Origin: an uncultured bacterium
GTDB taxonomy: Bacteria > Patescibacteriota > Minisyncoccia > SW-4-49-11
Length of the DNA stretch: 64,000 bases
Direction: 5' to 3'
Assembly: GCA_937864235.1 (NCBI GenBank)
Contig: CALMJI010000018.1
Location: forward strand, 8,939 to 72,938
Made by a program: the position numbers and the translations under genes. A model generated the notes under the pieces. That model was not told the DNA's origin. It saw nothing but the letters and a program-made list of their open reading frames with translations, and did not search any database. Positions 1 to 10,748 of the stretch are shown here, piece after piece. Every line of letters begins with the position of its first letter. Positions within the stretch are counted from its first letter, which is position 1.

Positions 1-110
1 AATAGACTTAATATTATCCCAAATATGGCTAAAATTTTATATTTCTTATGCATATTTATTGATTAATTTTATACTTACTTATTATACCATATAGTTTTGC
101 CGCTTTTCTA

Positions 111-1100
111 TCATATAATTGTGGATAAGTCGGTCTTAGATGATTTATATACTATTAAATCATTGGGTAAATTTGATGAAAATGTATATTCTTTACCTAA
201 ATATTCAAATTTTAATTTACTTGCATGTAAGAATTGTCTACTTATAGAATTCTTATCTTTTTTCTCTAATTTGCCACCGTATAGCTTATCGCCTATTATA
301 GGGTGTCCGATAGATTGCATATGTACGCGAATCTGATGAGTTCTACCTGTATGTATAACTACTTTCAAAATAGTACTATCCGTATACCTTTCTAGAACCC
401 AATATTCACTATGTGCTGTTCTTTGTTTGCCTCTAGATTGTTTGTTAGATATTACCGCTACTCTTTTGGTATGGTCTAATTTTGACCTGATAATGGGGTA
501 TGTTATATTACCATAGTCATTTTTGACTATACCTCTTACTAAACAAATATACTCTTTATAAACCTGTCTATCTTTAAACAGTTTCTTTAAATTGACTAAA
601 GCATTCTGATTACGAGCTATAATTACTAAGCCACTGGTATCTTTATCTATTCTATGGACTATGCCATATCTATGTTGTGCTATTGCTTCTGAGTTTTGCT
701 CTGGATCTACTGCTTGTTTGATTTCTGGGTATTGTGAAATTAGTATATCAACAAGAGAATAAGAGTTAATATTATTCGTTTTATGCATTAATAGTCCAGC
801 CGGTTTATTGACTATCAAAAAGTCTGGGTGTTCAAATATTATTTGCACTTGTTTTGCTAAATCTTTCTTGATACTATCATCCATTGTGATTGATTTTTGC
901 TTTATTTTTATAGTATTTACTTCTATAATATCTCCTATAGAAACTAATTCTTTAGGTTTTGTGATAATTTGACCATTTTTAGAGACTAAATTATTTTTGA
1001 TCAAAACCTGAATTTGTTGTCTAGATATATCCTGCAAAAATTTTGCTAGAAATTTATCTATTCGAGTAGGGATATCTCTATGGTATTGAGTTTTGAACAT
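111..1100 (-). CDS. rluD: 23S rRNA pseudouridine synthase, RluA family (RluD-like), with N-terminal S4 domain
   Basis: S4-like N-terminus (DKFLAKFL...LIKNNLVSKNGQ). Catalytic HRIDKDTSGLVIIARN motif typical of the RluA/RluD family. Confidence 0.75.
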   Translation of the reverse strand: MFKTQYHRDIPTRIDKFLAKFLQDISRQQIQVLIKNNLVSKNGQIITKPKELVSIGDIIEVNTIKIKQKSITMDDSIKKDLAKQVQIIFEHPDFLIVNKPAGLLMHKTNNINSYSLVDILISQYPEIKQAVDPEQNSEAIAQHRYGIVHRIDKDTSGLVIIARNQNALVNLKKLFKDRQVYKEYICLVRGIVKNDYGNITYPIIRSKLDHTKRVAVISNKQSRGKQRTAHSEYWVLERYTDSTILKVVIHTGRTHQIRVHMQSIGHPIIGDKLYGGKLEKKDKNSISRQFLHASKLKFEYLGKEYTFSSNLPNDLIVYKSSKTDLSTII

Positions 1101-1161
1101 AATAATCTTGACTTTTATGATATAACTGTTACACTTATATTAATTATAGTTTAATATATAT

Positions 1162-2061
1162 ATGAAAAAAATTCAATTTTCTTCTTTCATTTGGATAGAT
1201 ATTAACCCGGATATTCAGGCTGATCTGGATAATTTGGATAATATTATCAATCTCAAAGATACTACTGAGCAAACTCTCAAATCTCCTATTCATCTACAAA
1301 GATTAGAGGAGTACCCTGATTATATGGCGGTAATATTACATTACCCCTTATATGATAAAAAATTAAGAAAAAATCAAGCAGTTGAAATAGATTGTATTTT
1401 AAGTCAAAGTTATTTTGTCACTTCACACAAAGAAAATGTACATTTTATAGATAATATGATGACTAATATAGAGGGAAAAACCTCTCGATTTAATAGTCCT
1501 GTGGATTTGTATATTCACTTGATTGAAAAAATGTTATCTTCTTGTATGACTCCACTTAATCGTATAGCGGGTAAAATTGATTTTATTGAAGAGGAAATAT
1601 TCAAAGGGAATGAGAAAGATATGATATCTGAAATCTCTATTGTCAAAAGAGATGTACTAGATTTTCGTAAAACTATTAGACTACATAAATCTGTTATAGA
1701 TTCATCTATTAGATTAATTCCTCAGTATTTTCCTGATAATCAAGTCAAATCTAAGCATATCACCGATATTGTATCTAGCAATATTCATATTTGGAATATT
1801 ACAGAGAATTTGAAAGAAGCTATTGAAGCCTTTGACCAGACTAATCAGACACTTTTATCTCATAAATTGAACAAAAATATTAAGACTTTAACTACATTCT
1901 CTACGACATTAGCACCTTCCACACTTTTTGTTGGGTTATTAGGTATGAATGCTAGGATGGAATTTTTGAATAATAGTTTAGCATTTTTTATAGCTGCAAT
2001 GATAGCTTTTAGTATATCTTTAGTTTTATATCTATACTTTAGAAGTAGAGATGTGATTTAA
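1162..2061 (+). CDS. corA: CorA-family Mg2+/Co2+ transporter
   Basis: C-terminal two TM helices with a GMN motif (LLGMNARMEF) and a soluble N-terminal domain of CorA length. Confidence 0.65.
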   Translation: MKKIQFSSFIWIDINPDIQADLDNLDNIINLKDTTEQTLKSPIHLQRLEEYPDYMAVILHYPLYDKKLRKNQAVEIDCILSQSYFVTSHKENVHFIDNMMTNIEGKTSRFNSPVDLYIHLIEKMLSSCMTPLNRIAGKIDFIEEEIFKGNEKDMISEISIVKRDVLDFRKTIRLHKSVIDSSIRLIPQYFPDNQVKSKHITDIVSSNIHIWNITENLKEAIEAFDQTNQTLLSHKLNKNIKTLTTFSTTLAPSTLFVGLLGMNARMEFLNNSLAFFIAAMIAFSISLVLYLYFRSRDVI

Positions 2062-2086
2062 CAAAATTGAATTAAAAAATATTATC

Positions 2087-3355
2087 TTAAAGTGAATCGT
2101 AGTCTCTTATAATAATCTGAGAATCTATTTGTTTCATTGTCTCAAGAATGACTGATACTACAATTAACATACTTGTACCTCCAATAGTAAGAGATTGATT
2201 ACCTGTAAACCCTGTCATTATAAATGGTAATACTGCAATTAAACCTAAGAAAATAGCTCCAAATATAATAATTCTATTAGATACATATTGTAAATATTGA
2301 GCTGTTTTCTCTCCTGGCCTGATACCTGTGACAAATCCGCCTTGTTTCTGTAAATTCTCAGCTACGGCTTTAGGTTCAAATACTATAGTAGTATACACAT
2401 AGGTGAATATCAAAACTAATACAAAGTATATACTTGCATAAGCGACTTGATTAGCTAAAAATGTATTGATATTAGTAGCAATATTCACTACCCAATCAAT
2501 ATTAGTCTGTAATAATAAATTAGCAATAACTTGAGGAAATAATACTAAGGAAACTGCAAATATAATTGGCATCACCCCTGCTTGGTTGACTTTCATTGGA
2601 AGATAAGTATCAACTTGACTATTGACCAATGCTCCTCTGGACTTCTTACTATAAGAAATTGGTATATTTCGCTGTCCTTCAGTAATAATTATAATAGCAT
2701 AAATTACTGCTATTATAATTGCTAAATATATCAAATAAGTAGGTACATCAGCTCTGTTAAAATTAAGTCTGAATTGATTAATAGTAGTGGGTAGGCTAGC
2801 AATAATACCTGCAAAAATAATCAGAGATATTCCATTACCCACTTTCTGATTGGTAATAATCTCTCCTAACCACATCAATCCCATAGTTCCAGCTGTCAAT
2901 AAAGCTATTACTGTAATTACTTGTAAACTAGTAATTTCTTGCACCACCCCAGCACTTCTTAATAATGTCAAAGTAGACATACCTTGTACAATAGCCAAAG
3001 GTACGGTTAACATTCTAGTATATTGATTGAATATTTGTCTTCCCTGCTCTCCCTCTTCCTTATACAAACTATTAAGAGAAGGTACAACCATTGTAAATAG
3101 CTGCATTATAATAGAAGCTGTAATATATGGACCAACTCCTAAAGCTACTAAAGAAAAATTAGAAAACCCACCGCCAGAGAATATATCTAGTAGTCCAAAT
3201 ATCTGATTGGATGATGCAAATTCCTTAATACGATCTACATCAATAGCTGGGATAGGTACTGAGGCTATTAATCTATATATAATTAAAAGTCCTAAAACTA
3301 ATAATAACTTATTTCTTAATTCTGGGGTTTTAGCTATATATAGCCACCTTTTCAT
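2087..3355 (-). CDS. secY: Preprotein translocase subunit SecY
   Basis: 10-TM protein with a SecY-like N-terminus (IAKTPELRNKLLLVLGLLIIYRL..), positioned directly after rplO. Confidence 0.9.
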   Translation of the reverse strand: MKRWLYIAKTPELRNKLLLVLGLLIIYRLIASVPIPAIDVDRIKEFASSNQIFGLLDIFSGGGFSNFSLVALGVGPYITASIIMQLFTMVVPSLNSLYKEEGEQGRQIFNQYTRMLTVPLAIVQGMSTLTLLRSAGVVQEITSLQVITVIALLTAGTMGLMWLGEIITNQKVGNGISLIIFAGIIASLPTTINQFRLNFNRADVPTYLIYLAIIIAVIYAIIIITEGQRNIPISYSKKSRGALVNSQVDTYLPMKVNQAGVMPIIFAVSLVLFPQVIANLLLQTNIDWVVNIATNINTFLANQVAYASIYFVLVLIFTYVYTTIVFEPKAVAENLQKQGGFVTGIRPGEKTAQYLQYVSNRIIIFGAIFLGLIAVLPFIMTGFTGNQSLTIGGTSMLIVVSVILETMKQIDSQIIIRDYDSL

Positions 3356-3415
3356 ATCTATGTCTTAATCTAATATTAGTCTTACAGCCTATAAAATATA
3401 TCTAAATCAAAAGGT

Positions 3416-3880
3416 TTAGATACTATATAAATCTTGTACTGTTTTGGAAGTTACTAAACCTTCAAAGGTAAATTTTTTGGAAATTAACTCACCTGTATTT
3501 TTAGCTAAAACCTTTACTTTGGTTACATTATTAGATACCAATTTAGCTTCAACTAAACTGTTCAAATTAATAACAGATTTATCATCAAATATATTTGCAA
3601 TTGACTCAATATTAACTATTTTATAGCTTATTTTACCTTTTACATTACCAATTCTGTGATGTCCTTGTACCGGAGATTGTCCTCGTCTTTTATGAATAAC
3701 TCGACTCCCTTGACCAGCTAAAGCAGCACTACCTCCTGTAAATAGAGGAGATATTTTGGCTCCTGATCGAGACTTTTGTCCTTTTTGTCCCTTCCCACTA
3801 TAAGTACCCCGTTTTCCACCACGGCCAATACGCTTACGAGACTTTTGTGATAAATTTGAAGATAATGTGTGAATATGCAT
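3416..3880 (-). CDS. rplO: 50S ribosomal protein L15
   Basis: GRGGKRGTYSGKGQKGQKSRSG glycine/lysine-rich L15 signature; position between rpsE and secY. Confidence 0.9.
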   Translation of the reverse strand: MHIHTLSSNLSQKSRKRIGRGGKRGTYSGKGQKGQKSRSGAKISPLFTGGSAALAGQGSRVIHKRRGQSPVQGHHRIGNVKGKISYKIVNIESIANIFDDKSVINLNSLVEAKLVSNNVTKVKVLAKNTGELISKKFTFEGLVTSKTVQDLYSI

Positions 3881-3881
3881 A

Positions 3882-4343
3882 CTATTGTGTCTTTAATAAA
3901 GCTTTTACAGTGGCTCTGGCGTTATTTAGCTTATTATTACCACCCAACATTTTTGCAGTTATATTTTTGATACCTACTAAATCTACTACTATTCTAGTAG
4001 CTCCTCCAGCTACAATTCCTTTTCCTTCTTTAGCTGGTTTTAGAATAACCTTAGCACTTCCAAATTTAGCAGTTTCATCCACTGGCACTGTACCTGTATT
4101 AACATCAATTTTTACTAATTTTTTCTTAGCAGCATTAATAGCTTTATCAATAGCAATAGAGGTATCAGCTCCTTTACCTACACCTACACCTACTTTACCA
4201 TTTCTATCCCCTATAACTACAGCAGCTCTAAATGAAAATCTTCTTCCTCCTGCCATAACACGGGCTACTCTTGCTATATCAAGTACTTTATGATCATATT
4301 CTCTTTTTTCTGGCTGTCGTGATTGTTGTTGACGCTTTGACAT
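3882..4343 (-). CDS. rpsE: 30S ribosomal protein S5
   Basis: VVIGDRNGKVGVGVGKGADTSIAIDKAI motif. Directly followed by rplO with no intervening rpmD (L30). Confidence 0.9.
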   Translation of the reverse strand: MSKRQQQSRQPEKREYDHKVLDIARVARVMAGGRRFSFRAAVVIGDRNGKVGVGVGKGADTSIAIDKAINAAKKKLVKIDVNTGTVPVDETAKFGSAKVILKPAKEGKGIVAGGATRIVVDLVGIKNITAKMLGGNNKLNNARATVKALLKTQ

Positions 4344-4348
4344 AATTA

Positions 4349-4705
4349 TTAAACTATTAATCCTGATTTACGAACTCCTTCAGCAAAAGCAGCTATTTTA
4401 CCTGTATATTTACGACCTCTTCTATCAAATACAGCTCGATGAATGTTTTTTTGAAGAGCCATCTCTGCTAATTTTTGACCTAATTTTTCAGATTCACTTA
4501 CAGTAATATTATTGGAGCTTGTAATTGCTTTACTATGAATTCCGATCAAAGTAACTCCTTTAATATCGTCTATTAACTGAGCATAGATACTAGTATTGCT
4601 CTTAGATACAGCTAATCTAGGAATAGTAGAGGTTCCAGAGATTTTACCTCTAACTCTTACTTTTCTTCTTGCTAATCTACTCTGTTTATCCAAAATTTCT
4701 TTCAT
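4349..4705 (-). CDS. rplR: 50S ribosomal protein L18
   Basis: L18 sequence and size (118 aa), in operon order. Confidence 0.9.
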   Translation of the reverse strand: MKEILDKQSRLARRKVRVRGKISGTSTIPRLAVSKSNTSIYAQLIDDIKGVTLIGIHSKAITSSNNITVSESEKLGQKLAEMALQKNIHRAVFDRRGRKYTGKIAAFAEGVRKSGLIV

Positions 4706-4758
4706 ACTATATACATTATAAACAATACTATATCATATTTAACTTAATATTTCAAGTA

Positions 4759-5295
4759 TTAAGAAGATGTCTTCTTACCTACTTTCATTCTTACAAATTC
4801 ATCATCATATCTGACACCCTTACCTTTATAAGGTTCTGGTGGTCTGGTAGATCTAATATTTGCAGAAACCTGTCCAACTAATTCTTTATTAATACCCTTT
4901 ACTAAAATGGTATTTTTTTCTACTTCAAAGGTTATTCCTTCTGGAGCAGTTACTTCAATAGGATGTGAATATCCTAGATTAAGAACCAAAGTCTGACCTT
5001 GTAGAACTACTCTATATCCTACTCCTTCAATTCTTAATTTTTTTGTAAATCCCTCAGTTACTCCTGTAATCATATTCTGAAGTAAAGCTCTATATAATCC
5101 CCAAAAAGCACTAACATTTTTGATTTGCTCTTTAGGAGTTACAAAAACTTTATTTTCTCCTATTTCAAAGGAAATTGGATGGCTTACTACTTGTTGTAAA
5201 CTACCTTGAGGTCCAGTAACTTTTAAAATGTTATCTTCTAATATTACTGAGACATCTTTAGGGATTTGGATTGGCTTTTTACCTACTCTTGACAT
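4759..5295 (-). CDS. rplF: 50S ribosomal protein L6
   Basis: MSRVGKKPIQIPKDV L6 N-terminus. Confidence 0.9.
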   Translation of the reverse strand: MSRVGKKPIQIPKDVSVILEDNILKVTGPQGSLQQVVSHPISFEIGENKVFVTPKEQIKNVSAFWGLYRALLQNMITGVTEGFTKKLRIEGVGYRVVLQGQTLVLNLGYSHPIEVTAPEGITFEVEKNTILVKGINKELVGQVSANIRSTRPPEPYKGKGVRYDDEFVRMKVGKKTSS

Positions 5296-5316
5296 AATCT
5301 TATATTTACCTTATTA

Positions 5317-5724
5317 CTACCAAACTTGACAGATAATTTCACCTCCCAATTTTTCTCTCTTGGCGGTATTGGCATCAATAATACCTTTGGAGGTAGACAC
5401 TACTACAGTACCTTTTCCATACTTAAATTGAGTAGGCAAATCTTGTGCTCCAGAATAAACTCTTCTACCTGGCTTACTAACTCTATCTATACCTTTAATA
5501 CCATCTTTTTTGAGAGTGATTACAATTAAAGGGAAGCCTTTTTCTTGCTCTTGCTTTTCTACAGCTGTTACAAATTTTCTAGTCTTTAATAATTTAGCAA
5601 TTTCAAATTTAAGCTTAGAGAAAGGAATAAGAACCTCTCTCTTATTAACAAGCTGAGCATTACGAATTCTGGTTAACATGTCTGCAATAGGGTCTGAAGT
5701 ATTCATATATCTTATAATTACCAA
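5317..5724 (-). CDS. rpsH: 30S ribosomal protein S8
   Basis: [14 protein letters not shown]8 signature. Confidence 0.9.
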   Translation of the reverse strand: MVIIRYMNTSDPIADMLTRIRNAQLVNKREVLIPFSKLKFEIAKLLKTRKFVTAVEKQEQEKGFPLIVITLKKDGIKGIDRVSKPGRRVYSGAQDLPTQFKYGKGTVVVSTSKGIIDANTAKREKLGGEIICQVW

Positions 5725-5903
5725 CTAGATTTTTTAACACCTGGAATTACTCCTTGTGAAGCCATTTCTCTAAAACAAATTCTACATAATCCAAAGTCTC
5801 GCATATAACCTCGATGTCGTCCACAACTAAAACATCGATTTACTCCTCTAGTCATAAATTTTTGCTTCTTCTTAGATTTTGCAATGTGTGCTTCTGTAGC
5901 CAT
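5718..5903 (-). CDS. rpsZ: 30S ribosomal protein S14 type Z (zinc-binding)
   Basis: 61 aa with CxxC...CxxC ([23 protein letters not shown]). Confidence 0.9.
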   Translation of the reverse strand: MATEAHIAKSKKKQKFMTRGVNRCFSCGRHRGYMRDFGLCRICFREMASQGVIPGVKKSSW

Positions 5904-5914
5904 ATAGTATAATA

Positions 5915-6454
5915 TTATTGTTTAAATGGGAATCCCATTGATTTTAATAAATAAAGACTTTTTTCCTTATTAGAATTAGAAATTGTAATATTAACTTGCA
6001 TCCCAAAGTTAATACCAAGCTCTTCATTAGATAATTCTGGAAAAATAATCTGTTCCTTAATACCAAAGTTTACATTACCCTTAGCATCAATTTTAGTAGA
6101 TTCGATACCTTGAAAATCTCGAGTTCGAGGAAGAGCAATACTAATCAATCTATCTAGAAAATCATACATTCTATCCCCTCTCAAAGTAACTTTAAGAGCT
6201 ATAGTCATACCTTTTCTAGTTTTAAATTGAGCAATTGAGCTTTTAGCAGCTACTGAAATTGGATATTGAGCTGCAATTGTAGTTAAGACAGATTTAACTT
6301 TCTCAAATTTTTGTACATCACGAAAATTCTTTCCAGTTCCAACATTGAGAGTAATTTTCTCTATTTTAGGGGCTGCAAATACATTAGTTACACCAAACTC
6401 TTTCATTAGCTCTGGCTTCAAACTTTCTTGATAACGTGTTTTCAAACTTGACAT
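5915..6454 (-). CDS. rplE: 50S ribosomal protein L5
   Basis: L5 sequence and size, in operon order. Confidence 0.9.
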   Translation of the reverse strand: MSSLKTRYQESLKPELMKEFGVTNVFAAPKIEKITLNVGTGKNFRDVQKFEKVKSVLTTIAAQYPISVAAKSSIAQFKTRKGMTIALKVTLRGDRMYDFLDRLISIALPRTRDFQGIESTKIDAKGNVNFGIKEQIIFPELSNEELGINFGMQVNITISNSNKEKSLYLLKSMGFPFKQ

Positions 6455-6455
6455 A

Positions 6456-6761
6456 CTACAATTCTTTATTCAACTTATGACTATATCGCACTTTTTTTCC
6501 CTCTAATAATTTATATGAAACTTTAGTACGAGTAGAGGTCTCTGAATCTACAAAAGCTACATTTGAAATGTGTATAGTAGAAGGCTTCTCTATAATAGTT
6601 CCAATCTCTCCATTTTGACGAGGTTTCTGATGTTTTTTGACTAGCATTACGCCTTCAACACGAACTCTATTTCGAGATGGAATAACTTCTATAACCTTAC
6701 CTCTCTTACCTTTATCTTTCCCGGTTATAACCTCTACAATGTCATTTTTACGAATCTTCAT
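6456..6761 (-). CDS. rplX: 50S ribosomal protein L24
   Basis: KIRKNDIVEVITGKDKGKRGKV KOW motif. Confidence 0.9.
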   Translation of the reverse strand: MKIRKNDIVEVITGKDKGKRGKVIEVIPSRNRVRVEGVMLVKKHQKPRQNGEIGTIIEKPSTIHISNVAFVDSETSTRTKVSYKLLEGKKVRYSHKLNKEL

Positions 6762-6774
6762 ACTATTACTATAA

Positions 6775-7143
6775 TTACAACACTTCTGGTGCTAATGATA
6801 CGATTTTCATATATCCAGACTCTCTGATTTCTCTAGCAATTGGTCCGAATACACGAGTACCTACAGGTTCTTTATTACCATTAATAATAACTGCTGCATT
6901 CTCATTAAATCTAATATAAGAACCATCGGCTCTACGATATTCTTTACATTGTCTCACAATAACAGCTTTTACAACATCTCCCTTTTTGACAGTTGCTCTT
7001 GGTTCTGCGCTTTTAACAGAAGCTACAATAATATCCCCTAATTGAGCATATCTTTTACGAGTTCCACCTAAAACATTGAAACATTCAATAATTTTTGCTC
7101 CTGAATTATCAGCTACTTTTAACTTAGTCTCTTTCTGAATCAT
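6775..7143 (-). CDS. rplN: 50S ribosomal protein L14
   Basis: [18 protein letters not shown]14 N-terminus. Confidence 0.92.
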   Translation of the reverse strand: MIQKETKLKVADNSGAKIIECFNVLGGTRKRYAQLGDIIVASVKSAEPRATVKKGDVVKAVIVRQCKEYRRADGSYIRFNENAAVIINGNKEPVGTRVFGPIAREIRESGYMKIVSLAPEVL

Positions 7144-7144
7144 A

Positions 7145-7402
7145 TTATTGTATTACTATCCATCTCTTATGCTTAGACATAGGCTTTGATTCTCTAATCA
7201 TTACCTCATCTCCAACTTGAATTGAATCATTCTCATTATGTGCTTTATACTTTTTGGTAACAGTATATCTCTTTTTATAAAGAGGATCTAATTTAGTCTT
7301 GTTTACAGCAACAACTACAGTCTTTTGCATAGCAGTAGATACCACTTTACCTTTTAGAGTTCTCTTATTAGCTGTATTAGATGTGATTATAGTATCGGAC
7401 AT
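7145..7402 (-). CDS. rpsQ: 30S ribosomal protein S17
   Basis: S17 sequence, 85 aa, in operon order. Confidence 0.88.
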   Translation of the reverse strand: MSDTIITSNTANKRTLKGKVVSTAMQKTVVVAVNKTKLDPLYKKRYTVTKKYKAHNENDSIQVGDEVMIRESKPMSKHKRWIVIQ

Positions 7403-7404
7403 AA

Positions 7405-7596
7405 TTATTTCGATGATTGATTCAATAATGTTTTAATGCGGGCAATATCTCTTCTAAGTGTTGTCAAAGATGAACTATTAGTTTTTTGAGATGGATCACT
7501 TTTTATAAAAGTCAACTTACCTAATTCTACTTGTTTGTCAGATAGAATATTACGTAATTCTTCTTGTGACTTATTATTGTATAGTTCCTTACTCAT
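7405..7596 (-). CDS. rpmC: 50S ribosomal protein L29
   Basis: 63 aa coiled-coil L29-like protein, in operon order. Confidence 0.85.
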   Translation of the reverse strand: MSKELYNNKSQEELRNILSDKQVELGKLTFIKSDPSQKTNSSSLTTLRRDIARIKTLLNQSSK

Positions 7597-7674
7597 AACC
7601 TATGATCTTCTTAACACATTAATATAGCATAAAGAATATTATATCTAATTTTTTAGCATAAGTCAAGCCTTTTA

Positions 7675-8094
7675 TTAGTCTTTACTAATAAATTTGGTCT
7701 TAACAGGTAATTTTGCTCCTGCTCTTCTCAAAGCTTCGGCCGCTACTTCAGGAGAAACACCATCAATCTCAAAGAGAATTTTACCAGCTTTAAGGTTAAC
7801 CACATAGTGATCAACGGCTCCTTTTCCTTTTCCCATACCTACTTCGGCACTTTTAGCAGTAATAGGTTTATGTGGGAAAATTCTAATCCAAACCTTACCT
7901 CCTCTAGAAGTATATCTAGTGATAGCTCTTCTGGCTGATTCAATTTGTCTTGCGGTAATCCACTTAGCTTCAGTAGCTTTGAGTCCATATGAACCAAATG
8001 ATAGCTCTATACCTCTTGAAGCAGGGCTAAGCTTATCTGAAGGCTTTCCTTTATGAACTTTTCTATGCTTGGTCTTTCTTGGTGCTAATAACAT
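7675..8094 (-). CDS. rplP: 50S ribosomal protein L16
   Basis: [17 protein letters not shown]16 N-terminus. Confidence 0.92.
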   Translation of the reverse strand: MLLAPRKTKHRKVHKGKPSDKLSPASRGIELSFGSYGLKATEAKWITARQIESARRAITRYTSRGGKVWIRIFPHKPITAKSAEVGMGKGKGAVDHYVVNLKAGKILFEIDGVSPEVAAEALRRAGAKLPVKTKFISKD

Positions 8095-8113
8095 AATACT
8101 ATTCTTAAGTTAA

Positions 8114-8761
8114 TTAATTCTCATCTGCTACTACATCGCCTTTATATATCCAAACTTTAATTCCTGTAGTTCCATACTTGGTATAAGCAGTTTTTTTAGC
8201 AAAATCAATATTAGCTCTAAGAGTAGCTAGAGGAATTTTACCTTTAGTCAAATATTCTGCTCTGGACATCTCAGCACCATCTAGTCTACCACTTAATAGA
8301 ATTTTTACTCCCTTTACATTATGACTTTGATAAACATTATCTATGGTTTGCTTCAAAACTCTTCTAAATGGAATTCTTTTTTCTAATTGCTCAGCAATAT
8401 TTTCTCCTATAATAGAGGCATTTTCATTAGGATTTTTTATTTCTTCCACAGTTAATCTAAGGTCAATTTGAGTTCCTATTAATTGCTTAATATTTTTCTT
8501 CAAAGCCTCAATTCCAGCTCCACCTCTTCCAATAATCATACCAGCTCTTGAGGTATGTATAATAATATTAATCAGTCTTGGACTTCTTTCAATATCAATA
8601 TTACTTATGCCTGATTTAGGTAAAGTTTTATTGATATATTTACGGATTTTAGCATCTTCCTGTAAATCTTTAGGTAAATTACGAGTAGTACCGAACCAAC
8701 GAGAGTTCCAATTTTTGGTAACTCCTAATCTATATAAATTTGCTGAAATCTTATTTCCCAT
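8114..8761 (-). CDS. rpsC: 30S ribosomal protein S3
   Basis: MGNKISANLYRLGVTKNWNSRWF S3 N-terminus with KH domain. Confidence 0.92.
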   Translation of the reverse strand: MGNKISANLYRLGVTKNWNSRWFGTTRNLPKDLQEDAKIRKYINKTLPKSGISNIDIERSPRLINIIIHTSRAGMIIGRGGAGIEALKKNIKQLIGTQIDLRLTVEEIKNPNENASIIGENIAEQLEKRIPFRRVLKQTIDNVYQSHNVKGVKILLSGRLDGAEMSRAEYLTKGKIPLATLRANIDFAKKTAYTKYGTTGIKVWIYKGDVVADEN

Positions 8762-8770
8762 ATATCTAAA

Positions 8771-9292
8771 TTATTTATCGCTAACGGTTTTTTTGGTAGC
8801 TTTACTAGTAACGGCTTTTTTAGGTACAGTAGTTTTTTTGGTACTTTTAGCAACTGTAGCTTTAGGCTTAGATGATTTTGTTTCAGACTTAGTTGCTACA
8901 ACTTCTTTTACCACTTTCTCTTCTGTCTTCTCTGTCTTTAATTTACGCTTCTTGACAATATCTAATTCGGTTAAAGTCAAACTAATATGTGAACTTCTTT
9001 TACGGATGGTATAAGCTCTTCCAAATGCACGTGGTCTAAATCTTTTTAATGTCATTCCAGCATCTACAAAAATCTTATCGATTTTTAATTGAGATTCTAA
9101 TACAGAGTCTTGTTTTTTAGCATTAGCTACAGCTGATTGAATTAGTTTCTTGACTGGTAAACTAGATTTTTTATAAACAGTATCAAGTATCAAAATAGCT
9201 TCTCGCACTGATTTACCACGCACAGCATCTACTACAAGACGAGTTTTTCTTGGGCTGATTCTAAGATTTTTAAGAGTTGCATTCCATTCCAT
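8771..9292 (-). CDS. rplV: 50S ribosomal protein L22 with an approximately 60-aa Lys/Thr-rich C-terminal extension
   Basis: L22 core (ISPRKTRLVVDAVRGKSV...) followed by a KKRKLKTEKTEEK...KKTVSDK low-complexity tail. Confidence 0.88.
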   Translation of the reverse strand: MEWNATLKNLRISPRKTRLVVDAVRGKSVREAILILDTVYKKSSLPVKKLIQSAVANAKKQDSVLESQLKIDKIFVDAGMTLKRFRPRAFGRAYTIRKRSSHISLTLTELDIVKKRKLKTEKTEEKVVKEVVATKSETKSSKPKATVAKSTKKTTVPKKAVTSKATKKTVSDK

Positions 9293-9300
9293 AAAGATAC

Positions 9301-9567
9301 TTATTTAACTTTCTTACCTCCGTGACCGATAAATTTACGAGTTGGGGAAAATTCTCCTAATTTATGACCAACCATATCTTCTTTAACATAAACTGAGATA
9401 TGAGTTTTTCCATTGTGTACTCCAAAGGTAAAACCTACCATTTCTGGGGTAATTGTACTATGACGAGCCCAAGTTTTGATAATAGTAGAGTCTCCTGGTT
9501 TCAAGGCTGAAACCTTAGCAATAAGCTTTTCATCAATATATGGACCTTTTTTAAGACTTCTTGACAT
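9301..9567 (-). CDS. rpsS: 30S ribosomal protein S19
   Basis: S19 sequence, 88 aa. Confidence 0.9.
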   Translation of the reverse strand: MSRSLKKGPYIDEKLIAKVSALKPGDSTIIKTWARHSTITPEMVGFTFGVHNGKTHISVYVKEDMVGHKLGEFSPTRKFIGHGGKKVK

Positions 9568-9577
9568 ATACTTATAA

Positions 9578-10405
9578 TTATTTTCTTCTACTTATAATAA
9601 ACTTGTTACTAGACTTATTCTTCTTACGAGTCTTTTTACCTAGAGCAATTTTACCCCAAGGAGTCTTAGGAGATTTAAGACCAATTGGTTGTCTTCCTTC
9701 TCCTCCTCCATGTGGATGATCCACCGGATTCATAGCACTTCCTCGAACAGCTGGTCTAACACCTCGCCATCTATTTCGTCCAGCTTTTCCAATATTTTCT
9801 AACATATGAGATTCATTGCTAACTCTGCCAATGCTAGCATATACTGTTTTATGTACTTTTCTTACTTCACCTGAAGGTAATTTTACAAGAGCATAATTCT
9901 CTTCAACTGCAAGCACTTGACCTGCACTACCAGCTGAGCGAATTATTTGACCTCCCTTACCTGGGAATAGTTCCAAATTATAAATTTCGGTACCAACTGG
10001 AATATACTCAAGAGTTAAACGATTTCCAGCTACTAATGGAGCTTGTTTACTAAAAGTTAGTTTTTGCCCCACAGATAATTTAGATGGAGCCAAAATATAT
10101 GACTTAACACCATCAGTATATGTAATAAGTGCAATAAATCCAGAACGATTAGGATCATATTCTATAGACTTCACAATAGCATCAATATCAAATCGCTTCT
10201 GCTTGAAGTCAACTAATCTATACATTCGCTTATTGCGTCCTCCTTTATGTCTAACAGTTATAACTCCTCTTGAGTTTCTACCTGACATAGAGTTAATTGG
10301 AGCTAATAGAGACTTTTCTGGAGTAGTTTTAGTTAAAACAGCTCGATAGTCGACTACTGAACTTTTTCTTCTTCCTGAAGTGGTAGGTTTACGGTGCTTA
10401 ATCAT
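9578..10405 (-). CDS. rplB: 50S ribosomal protein L2
   Basis: L2 sequence, 275 aa, with GGGEGR and [13 protein letters not shown] motifs. Confidence 0.92.
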   Translation of the reverse strand: MIKHRKPTTSGRRKSSVVDYRAVLTKTTPEKSLLAPINSMSGRNSRGVITVRHKGGRNKRMYRLVDFKQKRFDIDAIVKSIEYDPNRSGFIALITYTDGVKSYILAPSKLSVGQKLTFSKQAPLVAGNRLTLEYIPVGTEIYNLELFPGKGGQIIRSAGSAGQVLAVEENYALVKLPSGEVRKVHKTVYASIGRVSNESHMLENIGKAGRNRWRGVRPAVRGSAMNPVDHPHGGGEGRQPIGLKSPKTPWGKIALGKKTRKKNKSSNKFIISRRK

Positions 10406-10410
10406 ACTTA

Positions 10411-10737
10411 CTAAATAGTGATACTATATCCTTCTTGTAGGGAAACAATAGCTTTTTTATAACTACTGGTCTTTCCTTTTTTACCTCGAACGAATACATT
10501 TCTTGGTTTAATATTAATAACTCTTACTTGAGAAACCTTGACATTATACAACAATTCTACAGCTTTTGCAATCTCTTGTTTGTTAGAGGCTTTACCTACT
10601 TCAAAAGAATACTTTCTATTCTGAAATAGAGAATAACTTTTTTCAGTAATAATAGGTTTAATCAAAACCTGATAAGACCCAACATTATGACTTAATTCTT
10701 GTATAGATTCATTGTTAACTTCTTTCTTCTTTGCCAT
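10411..10737 (-). CDS. rplW: 50S ribosomal protein L23
   Basis: L23-like (LIKPIITEKS...), in operon order. Confidence 0.88.
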   Translation of the reverse strand: MAKKKEVNNESIQELSHNVGSYQVLIKPIITEKSYSLFQNRKYSFEVGKASNKQEIAKAVELLYNVKVSQVRVINIKPRNVFVRGKKGKTSSYKKAIVSLQEGYSITI

Positions 10738-10748
10738 ATCTTGAAAAA

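Noticed and set aside
1101-1161. Promoter for corA (TTGACT at 1108-1113)
   Set aside because: No acceptable -10 hexamer at 16-18 nt spacing (the downstream hexamer is ACACTT). Left uncalled.
3444-4293. Plus-strand ORFs 3444-3626 and 3847-4293, and similar antisense ORFs (8607-9014, 12566-13148, 24318-24611, 27737-28024, 31111-31434, 43883-44326, 48706-49341, 53040-53336, 59749-60150)
   Set aside because: They lie antisense to well-supported conserved genes (rplO, rpsE, rpsC, tuf, pheT, nusA, pilin, LCP, GspE, VanW, V-ATPase I). Low-complexity Leu/Ser/Pro-rich translations without motifs.
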